DNA from: Patescibacteria group bacterium
GTDB taxonomy: Bacteria > Patescibacteriota > Patescibacteriia > 2-12-FULL-57-11
DNA: 43,438 nt
Direction of reading: 5' to 3'
Assembly: GCA_004297205.1 (NCBI GenBank)
Contig: SCUL01000002.1
Span: 143,156-186,593, forward strand
The position numbers were made by a program, and so were the translations under genes. Below are positions 37,063-43,438 of the stretch, piece after piece (position 1 is the first letter of the stretch; every line of letters starts with the position of its first letter). Below the pieces are notes generated by a model. That model searched no databases. It was not told the origin of the DNA and worked only from the letters and a program-made list of their open reading frames with translations.

Positions 37063-37551
37063 TTATTTCTTGAGGATCACTTTGGCCGGGCGGATGACGC
37101 GGCCGTCGAGTTCGTAGCCGGACTGCACTTCGCGCGCCACGGTGCCGGGCGGCACGTCGCCCGCGTCGTCTTCACCGGCGGCTTCGTGCCGCGTCGGATC
37201 GAACGGCTTGCCGACGGTTTCAAAAGCGCGCACGCCGTAGCCGTTCAAGACGCCTTCGAACTGTTTGACGATGAAACCGACGCCTTTGACCCATTCGCTC
37301 CCGGCGTGTTCGGCTGGGACGTGTGCCATCGCGGACTTCATGTTGTCCAAGACCGGGAGAAAACTCTGGATGGCGTCTTCGGTGGCATAGCCGGCCATGG
37401 CCTGCTTCTCGCGCGCCAACTCCTTCTCGCGGTTGGCGTAATCGGCCAGCGCGCGCTTCCAACCGGCAAGATACTCGTCGCGCTGCTTCAGGCAGGCCTC
37501 GAGATCAGCGGGCGTTTCTTCCGGCGTCTGGGGTTTCAGTTCGTCCGTCAT
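37063..37551 (-). CDS. grpE: Nucleotide exchange factor GrpE
   Basis: RALADYANR, FLPVLDN, GKPFDPTRHEA, GYELDGRVIRPAKV; ATGA overlap with hrcA. Confidence 0.95.
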   Translation of the reverse strand: MTDELKPQTPEETPADLEACLKQRDEYLAGWKRALADYANREKELAREKQAMAGYATEDAIQSFLPVLDNMKSAMAHVPAEHAGSEWVKGVGFIVKQFEGVLNGYGVRAFETVGKPFDPTRHEAAGEDDAGDVPPGTVAREVQSGYELDGRVIRPAKVILKK

Positions 37552-38234
37552 ACGCGTTCCAAAAGGTGTTGTGCGGCGCTGAGCAATTGCCAGTTCCGTT
37601 CGTAATCCATCCGGAGCGGACCGAGCAGGCCGATCACGCCGGCATGCTGTCCGCTGCCGTACCGCGTCACGACCGTGGCGCACAGGCCGCCGAACGGATT
37701 CTCGCGGCCCAACCAGACCGTGACCTTGCTGTCGACCTTGGGAAAAACGCGCTCCACCACTTCATCGAGCTTGTCGATGACCGCGGAGAAACTGGCGATG
37801 CGGCCGAGCTCCTGGAACTCCGGCTGGCTGAACAGCAGCGACAAGCCGGTGTAGTAGACGTGGCGCGGGCGGAAGCCGACGAAGACCGCGGTGCCCGTGC
37901 CTTCGGCGAGCTGCTTGGCAACAACTTTCACGGCCTGCTCCGCATCTTTAGGCAGCGTCACTTTCATTTTTGCCGCCGGCAGCGTCTCGCCTTTGGCGAG
38001 CATGCGCTCCACGAAGTGCCGGTAGCCGGCTTCCGTGGGGATGCGGCCGGCCGAGGTATGCGGCTGGGTGATGTAGCCCTGGTCCTCCAGCGCGCCGAGC
38101 TCGATGCGGATGGTGGCCGGGGAAACGTCAAAACCGTGCTTCTCCACGATGGTCGAGGATCCCACGGGCTCCGCCGAGCGGATGTGCTCGCGGATCAGGG
38201 CGAAGAGCAGGTTTTCCTGGCGCTCAGTGAGCAT
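37548..38234 (-). CDS. hrcA: Heat-inducible transcription repressor HrcA (short form)
   Basis: LTERQ..L...I..HI.SAEPVGS, SPATIR, QPHTSAGRIPTEAGYR, GLLGPLRMDY. Confidence 0.93.
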   Translation of the reverse strand: MLTERQENLLFALIREHIRSAEPVGSSTIVEKHGFDVSPATIRIELGALEDQGYITQPHTSAGRIPTEAGYRHFVERMLAKGETLPAAKMKVTLPKDAEQAVKVVAKQLAEGTGTAVFVGFRPRHVYYTGLSLLFSQPEFQELGRIASFSAVIDKLDEVVERVFPKVDSKVTVWLGRENPFGGLCATVVTRYGSGQHAGVIGLLGPLRMDYERNWQLLSAAQHLLERV

Positions 38235-38244
38235 GGTGTGCTGA

Positions 38245-38271
38245 TTAGCACTCTCGCCCATAGAGTGCCAA
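38245..38271. promoter_or_regulatory. CIRCE operator (HrcA binding site)
   Basis: TTAGCACTC-tcgcccata-GAGTGCCAA: N9 spacer, one mismatch to consensus, 10 nt upstream of the hrcA ATG; TTGACG at 38290-38285. Confidence 0.95.
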
Positions 38272-38319
38272 AACGAAAAAGGGCCGTCAAGGCCACTCCG
38301 CTCATCTACAGATGGACGA

Positions 38320-38463
38320 CTCGGCGGCCGCGGCGGTGCTCTTCGGTCCCTCGCCCTCGCGGATGTCGAGGTGAACTCGACCCGCCGGGTTCGGGCGCCC
38401 GCTGAAGCGGTCGCCTCATGCGCTCCGCGCGGCGCACCTCGCCGTCTCTGTCGCCTCGCTACG
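38320..38463. repeat. Structured intergenic element related to 25609-25767
   Basis: Shares termini ctcggcgg and cgcctcgctacg; internal stems gtcgag/ctcgac and gcggcg/cgccg. Confidence 0.45.
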
Positions 38464-39037
38464 AACGACGCTCTTCGTGCAGGCCCAGATCGGAGAGCAG
38501 CACGTTCTCCACGAAGATGCCGCGCGGGTAAAAAATCCGTTCCAGTTCCGATTTGGTTTCGTGTTCCACCGTGTCGCGCTGCGTGCCGAGCACGTCGTCG
38601 CTGTGGAACCGGCTGGCCACCATGCGCAGGCGGCTCTGGATCGTCGGCCGCACGATCTTGGCCACGAAGTCTTCGCCGATGGTCTGCCAGATGGTGGGGA
38701 TCTGGTTGACGTCGAGCCGCAGCAGGATCGTTCCTTCGATCATCAACTTCCGTCCGTCGGCGGTTTGCGTCAGGATCGGCTGGTCGCCGAGGCCGCGGAT
38801 GTTGGCGGCGTTGAAGGTTTTGGAAATGGAGTACTCCAGCGTCTGCGTGTTGAAGAGTTTGGCCTTCTGCCAGAACGGAATTTTCAGATGCAGCCCCGGC
38901 GTCATGACCTTGCGCAACACGCCGCGACCGAGGTCGTAGACGCAGGCCACATAGCCCGGCGGCACGTAGATGAAGAGTCCCTTGAGGACGTCCTCCATCA
39001 CGAACGTGTACATCAGTTTGTCGAGCGAATCGGCCAT
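38459..39037 (-). CDS. SPFH/prohibitin-domain protein (short)
   Basis: VPPG...G.GVL......PGLHLKIPF, T.T.DG, IVRPTIQS.LR......DVLGTQR, GI.V.NVLLSD. Confidence 0.85.
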   Translation of the reverse strand: MADSLDKLMYTFVMEDVLKGLFIYVPPGYVACVYDLGRGVLRKVMTPGLHLKIPFWQKAKLFNTQTLEYSISKTFNAANIRGLGDQPILTQTADGRKLMIEGTILLRLDVNQIPTIWQTIGEDFVAKIVRPTIQSRLRMVASRFHSDDVLGTQRDTVEHETKSELERIFYPRGIFVENVLLSDLGLHEERRS

Positions 39038-39052
39038 ATCACGGACGGTATC

Positions 39053-39757
39053 CTATGCCTTTGCGGGCGGTTTTGTCGAGGGTACCGGCCAGATCATGTG
39101 GCGCAGCAGGACGATCCCGAACGAAAACAGCATCGAGGTGTAGATGAACAGCGATTTGACCGCCGGCAGCCACCACAACACCAGGAAGGTGAAGAGTGGG
39201 AAGAACAGCGCGTACAGCACGTCGTTTCGCGTCAGCTGGCCGGGCGCGCGCTTCTGTTCGATCAGGATTTCCGCGAACAGCGTGATGCCGACGACCGCCG
39301 CCCACAGCGGGCTGCGCACGCCGATGTCCTGGCCGAGGAACACCGTGTTGACGTCGGTCGGCCGCGTCACCCAGGGATAGAGGTCGCCGAGGTGGAGGCG
39401 GATGCCGTCGACGAACACGCGATAGAGCACGACGAGCACCAACGCCTGGACGAGGATGCCCCAGACCTTGGCCCACGGATGCAGCCTCCGCTCCTTCAGG
39501 AGTTCGCGGATATGCTCCCGGCGTTGCACGGCGTCATGCATCGTCTCCTGGTTGATGCGTTCGATGTCCGGAGAGAGCTTGTCGAACTCGTAGCTGTCGC
39601 GCTCGGCGATGACCGAGAGCGGCAAAAGCACGAGGCGCAGCGCCACGGTCAGCAGCACCACGGCAAGCCCCAGGTTTTCCCCGGCCGCGGTGTTGTACAG
39701 CCACATCAGCGCGTTCAGGAGCGGGCCGTACAGGACGTTGTCCCACAACCAGGTCAT
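39053..39757 (-). CDS. yidC: YidC/Oxa1-family membrane insertase (short, no periplasmic domain)
   Basis: NLGLAVVLLTVALRLVLLPL, coiled region, FLGQDI, LPAVKSLFIYTSMLFS. Confidence 0.75.
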   Translation of the reverse strand: MTWLWDNVLYGPLLNALMWLYNTAAGENLGLAVVLLTVALRLVLLPLSVIAERDSYEFDKLSPDIERINQETMHDAVQRREHIRELLKERRLHPWAKVWGILVQALVLVVLYRVFVDGIRLHLGDLYPWVTRPTDVNTVFLGQDIGVRSPLWAAVVGITLFAEILIEQKRAPGQLTRNDVLYALFFPLFTFLVLWWLPAVKSLFIYTSMLFSFGIVLLRHMIWPVPSTKPPAKA

Positions 39758-39802
39758 ACGGACGGGTACGCTACTCCGGGCCTACTCGTACCGCAAGGCA
39801 TC

Positions 39803-40447
39803 TCACGGATGCCGGAACGTCTTCATCTTCGCACCACCCGACGGAGGGAGCTGACGAAGCGACGACTTCTGTTCCGACAGCAGCTTCGCCAACTGATGCA
39901 GGTTGTGCGCCATGGTGCCGACCATCATGTCCGTCGCCGTGTTCTTGCGGCGCTTTTCCGCGTCCTTATCCATCGGCGGTCCCGCCTCGCCGACCCAGTA
40001 CGCCGCGCACTCGGGCGGCAACGTAAAGCCGTACCAGATGAGCGCGTTCGCGAGCGTGCCGATGACGTGCTGGACGCCGTCCTCATGCCCGGTGACCACC
40101 ATGCCGCCGACCTTGCCGAAAAGTCTTGACGTTCCCGTCATCATGTATTCGTTGTCCAGCTGGTCCATGCGTTCGATGGCCTTCTGGATGAGCGACGACG
40201 GCTGGCCCCACCAGATCGGCGTCGCGAACACCACGATGTCCGCGTCGAGAATGTCGCCGTTCACGTCTTTCCAGTCGTCGTCCATGTCCGTCATCAAACC
40301 GTGTTTGATGTCACGGTCGACCAAACGAACCGTCTTCGTCTCGACCCCATACGCAGCCAGCCGCTCGAATACCCGCGAGACGAGTTCGTCGGTATTCGAC
40401 GCTTCAGGGCCGTGTTTCAACGTACCGACAAGGGCGAGAGCCTTCAT
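39803..40447 (-). CDS. Flavodoxin-like / NADPH-dependent FMN reductase family protein
   Basis: ALVGTLK...SNT, ADIVVFATPIWWG, KVGGMVVTGHEDG. Confidence 0.88.
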   Translation of the reverse strand: MKALALVGTLKHGPEASNTDELVSRVFERLAAYGVETKTVRLVDRDIKHGLMTDMDDDWKDVNGDILDADIVVFATPIWWGQPSSLIQKAIERMDQLDNEYMMTGTSRLFGKVGGMVVTGHEDGVQHVIGTLANALIWYGFTLPPECAAYWVGEAGPPMDKDAEKRRKNTATDMMVGTMAHNLHQLAKLLSEQKSSLRQLPPSGGAKMKTFRHP

Positions 40448-40641
40448 ATCCGCATTGTTAGTTCCAAAACGAATCCGACGACGATCAGCGTGATGCCGAC
40501 GGTGCCGATGTGCTTTTCGCGCCGCATTTCCTTCAGGACGACATCGTCGATGCGGCGTTCCTTCATGACACGGCCGTGAACGCGGGTGGCGAGATATCCG
40601 ATGCAGAGCTCGCCCAGCACCTCTAACGTTTTTCCCAGCAT
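40444..40641 (-). CDS. Small membrane protein (65 aa)
   Basis: C-terminal TM helix IGTVGITLIVVGFVL; ATGA overlap with the downstream gene. Confidence 0.6.
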   Translation of the reverse strand: MLGKTLEVLGELCIGYLATRVHGRVMKERRIDDVVLKEMRREKHIGTVGITLIVVGFVLELTMRI

Positions 40642-40645
40642 AGAT

Positions 40646-41059
40646 TCATCGTTCAGGTTTCTTCGTTGCGCACGCCCCGCCGGCGCAGGAGGGCCGTTCG
40701 CCGTATGACCGAAGTCGAGCAATGAGACAACCGGCGTCCGCACGGCAGGAGGCAATGTCGGCGGACGACGCCGCGAGACGGAGGCGGTCGCCGTTCCGTT
40801 CGAGGACGACGGGGAGGCGGAGGCCGTTTCTTTGAAGATACGCGGCCACGTCGACGGGCATGTCGTCCGCGTGATAGGTCTCCGGCATTTCCCGAAGCGA
40901 CGTTATGAACCGCTCCCACTCCGGCTTTTCACGGACGGGACCGTGCGTAATGTCGCATAACGTGCATGTGCTCTTCCCGCCGAACACCTTCGCGAGCGCG
41001 CCGGGAATGTTGCCGATGATTCCGGAATTCGCCCGATACACGAACAGGAACCTCCCCAC
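40646..41059 (-). CDS. Hypothetical CxxC protein (thioredoxin-like fold suspected)
   Basis: FVYRANSG...CTLCDITHG...EW..F...LPVVL; packed in operon. Confidence 0.7.
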   Translation of the reverse strand: MGRFLFVYRANSGIIGNIPGALAKVFGGKSTCTLCDITHGPVREKPEWERFITSLREMPETYHADDMPVDVAAYLQRNGLRLPVVLERNGDRLRLAASSADIASCRADAGCLIARLRSYGERPSCAGGACATKKPER

Positions 41060-41060
41060 A

Positions 41061-41405
41061 CTACCTCTTGATGATTTTCGCGAGCCGCACCGGCATCATG
41101 ACGAGGGCCATGAGGACGCCAAGAAGAAGGATGAATATGCCCGTCAGAATTTTGCCGATGCCGACGAGCTTCAAACGGAGCAGTTCCGACGGATAGTTCT
41201 GTATCCGAACGAGCTGCGCGTTCAGTTCGGATCCGGTGGCCGCGGCTTCGCGCTCCGCTTTGCTCAAGGTGAAATATCCGGCCTGAAGCGCATGGAATGA
41301 CGCTTCTTCCGTCGCGACCCGCTGGTGCATGACAATTCCTTGTCCGATGAATACGAACGCGGCCGCCACGAGTACGCCCATCAGGCCCATCATCATGTTT
41401 TTCAT
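41061..41405 (-). CDS. Hypothetical two-TM membrane protein
   Basis: Hydrophobic N- and C-terminal helices. Confidence 0.7.
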   Translation of the reverse strand: MKNMMMGLMGVLVAAAFVFIGQGIVMHQRVATEEASFHALQAGYFTLSKAEREAAATGSELNAQLVRIQNYPSELLRLKLVGIGKILTGIFILLLGVLMALVMMPVRLAKIIKR

Positions 41406-41438
41406 ACGTCAGTCATGCATGAATGAATCGTCCGTCCG

Positions 41439-41705
41439 TCACTTTCCCTCGGCCCACGCTCGGAGCTTCTCATACGATTCGGATCCGCAGATCCATTTCC
41501 CGCTCTCCGTATTGATGAAGAACGGCACGCCGCCGCAAAATCCCTTGTCGAACTTTTCCAACATGCGCGCGTTTTTCTCGTCGTGCCACGTTTCAAACTG
41601 TTCGATCGCGAACCCCTCCTTCTTCAACCTTTCGACCACGGGAGCCACCGTCTGACAATGCGGACACTCCGCGCCGTAGAATTCAAACAACGACATAACG
41701 GACAT
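41439..41705 (-). CDS. Small thioredoxin/glutaredoxin-like protein
   Basis: FYGAECPHC, GGVPFF (cis-Pro motif). Confidence 0.85.
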   Translation of the reverse strand: MSVMSLFEFYGAECPHCQTVAPVVERLKKEGFAIEQFETWHDEKNARMLEKFDKGFCGGVPFFINTESGKWICGSESYEKLRAWAEGK

Positions 41706-41722
41706 GGGTTATACATTTTTGA

Positions 41723-42427
41723 TTAGAATCGAGAACTCCACAGCGGAACGTACGGAACCGCCAGGTACTCGAACTTCCGCAAAACGCCCGTCGCCATGAG
41801 AATCGCCGTCAGTACGAGAACGGCGCCGAACGCCGCTTTGAGCCGACCGGAACGTTCCTGAACGAAGCGGCGTCCGGCAACGGCGTGCTTTCCCCCATAG
41901 GCGATGACCAGCATGGGAATCCCCGCGCCGACCGAGTACGTGAAGAGGAGCAGCCCCGCCCGCGCGGCGCTTCCGGTCGAAGACGCGAGCAGGATGATCG
42001 AACCGAGAATCGGTCCGGCACAGGGCGCCCACACGATGCCGAGGAGCGAGCCAAGAGCGAACGCTTCGCCCGGCTGACCGAGTGCATTCGCCTTCGGGCC
42101 GCGCGCGCCGAGCCACGAAGTGAGCGCGGAAGTTCCTCGTGAAAACAGGTCGCCGACGGGCTTGACGAGAAGCGCGACGCCCATCAGGCCGATGAGCCAC
42201 ATGGCGAGCTGGTTCAGAAAGATGCGGTCGACGGGCAGGTGGCTACCGAACGCGCCGAACAGGATTCCGAGCACGGTGAACGTCGTCGACATGCCCAGCA
42301 CGAGGTAGACGGGATACCACTTATGATCCTTGAGAACGGAGCCGAGGATGATCGGCAGGATGGGGATAATGCACGGCGACGTGACGGTCACGGCGCCGGC
42401 GGCGAGCGCCAGAAAGAACATCCCCAT
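41723..42427 (-). CDS. ccdA: CcdA / DsbD transmembrane-domain protein
   Basis: AGAVTVTSPCIIPILP and GIVWAPCAGPILG Cys motifs; six TM helices; start taken at MGMFF. Confidence 0.9.
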   Translation of the reverse strand: MGMFFLALAAGAVTVTSPCIIPILPIILGSVLKDHKWYPVYLVLGMSTTFTVLGILFGAFGSHLPVDRIFLNQLAMWLIGLMGVALLVKPVGDLFSRGTSALTSWLGARGPKANALGQPGEAFALGSLLGIVWAPCAGPILGSIILLASSTGSAARAGLLLFTYSVGAGIPMLVIAYGGKHAVAGRRFVQERSGRLKAAFGAVLVLTAILMATGVLRKFEYLAVPYVPLWSSRF

Positions 42428-42432
42428 ATCCG

Positions 42433-42885
42433 TCAGGATCGGATGAAGAAGGCGAGGCTTTCCGCGGTCACCGGACCCGGACCGAGCCGCTCCGGGATTT
42501 TTTCGACGGACGTTTTGATGATGGTCGACTGGCTTGTCACGTGGAACGTGCGTTTCAACGCGACTTCCGTGTCGTAATTGACCTTGAAGCCGACGAGATT
42601 TGCGTCCGTGTTCAATTCGAACGTCCTCCTGATGACCGGTTCGTTCGCCCGACAGGTCGGACACCAGTCGGCATGAAAGTCGAGGATCACGGTTTTTCCA
42701 TCGGCAAGCGCCCGGTCATAGGCGGCCCGCGAAAAATCCTGGTAGGCACCGGCGCGGTAGGACGCATCGTTCGCCGTTACGACGGCCGCGAGCGACGCGG
42801 ATCCGGCACCCTGCCCATGGATGACGGCGTATCCGAGACCGGAAAAGAGAACGACACCGACGACCGCAAAAAGAATGTTTTTCAT
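42433..42885 (-). CDS. Membrane-anchored exported thioredoxin
   Basis: N-terminal anchor; LDFHADWCPTC; QSTII. Confidence 0.88.
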   Translation of the reverse strand: MKNILFAVVGVVLFSGLGYAVIHGQGAGSASLAAVVTANDASYRAGAYQDFSRAAYDRALADGKTVILDFHADWCPTCRANEPVIRRTFELNTDANLVGFKVNYDTEVALKRTFHVTSQSTIIKTSVEKIPERLGPGPVTAESLAFFIRS

Positions 42886-42931
42886 ACGGTGCCACTGTAG
42901 CGGCACCGTAGGAACGCGTCGGTAACAAATG

Positions 42932-43438
42932 CTACGGCACGTTGTGGATAATGATTTTTCCGTCCTGATCCACGCCGACCTTCCCTTCCGTCTGCAAATC
43001 GCGGATCGCGCGCGACACCGTCACGCGGTTCAGTCCCGTCAGATGCGCGAGGCGTTCATGGGTCAGGCGGCGTTCCGCTGCGGCGCTCGAGAACCGTTCG
43101 AGGAATCTCGGCATGCGCTTCTTTTCGTAGCGCTGAATTTCATGGAGGATTTTTCCCTTCGCATCGACGAGCGTCTCGGAAAGCTTTTTCTCGTAGTCCT
43201 CGAGGCGGTTCCCGAGCGTCGAAAGCGCCCGCATCACGATGACAGGATACGCGGCGATGATGCGTTGAAAATCGTGCGACGAGAAGGCGCAGATACGCGT
43301 GCCCTCGACGGCCTCGGCAAAGTGCGAGAGCGGCGCGTCCTGAAAACCGACGTTCCCGAAAAGCGTGCCCGGCCCGATCACGTCGAATACGAAACGCTTT
43401 CCGTCGCGGGTATGGTACAGGGACACCTCGCCTTCCTT
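42932..43438 (-). CDS. Crp/Fnr-family transcriptional regulator (5' end outside the window)
   Basis: cNMP-binding region GPGTLFG; C-terminal HTH LTHERLAHLTGLNRVTVSRAIRDL. Confidence 0.9.
   Translation of the reverse strand, partial: KEGEVSLYHTRDGKRFVFDVIGPGTLFGNVGFQDAPLSHFAEAVEGTRICAFSSHDFQRIIAAYPVIVMRALSTLGNRLEDYEKKLSETLVDAKGKILHEIQRYEKKRMPRFLERFSSAAAERRLTHERLAHLTGLNRVTVSRAIRDLQTEGKVGVDQDGKIIIHNVP

Noticed and set aside
41404-41440. Short 4-nt tandem repeats (tgaa, tccg) in an intergenic gap
   Set aside because: Only two to three units each; expected by chance.

Overview
High-GC bacterial chromosomal window read with standard code 11. It is most consistent with a Patescibacteria/CPR genome (LGAGC lipobox, DUF5667 anti-sigma, VirD4/HerA-like ATPase, hrcA-grpE-hsp20-dnaK-dnaJ, near-leaderless core genes); this taxonomy is inference. 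The backbone carries uvrA, uvrB, a beta-CASP MBL nuclease, tRNA-Gln(CTG), dnaX, corA, an ECF sigma/anti-sigma pair, a CIRCE-controlled heat-shock operon, SPFH/YidC and a Crp-Trx-CcdA redox cluster. Accessory material: (1) a 6.5-12.5 kb block of stand-alone expression cassettes encoding an SNF2-type ATPase fused to a class I SAM methyltransferase, an AAG/MPG glycosylase homologue with a natural E125Q-equivalent change, and two unknown proteins; (2) a GIY-YIG gene that has duplicated and split the 5' end of tRNA-Gln; (3) a GIY-YIG gene bracketed by inverted REP-like repeats beside an empty copy of the same element; (4) an AT-rich trypsin-like protease plus PD-(D/E)xK nuclease pair inside the dnaK-dnaJ junction; (5) an orphan thymidine-hypermodification-type transferase coupled to an alpha/beta hydrolase; (6) several palindromic repeat families, one translated in frame inside dnaX. 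All family calls are by-eye motif recognition; no database searches were run.
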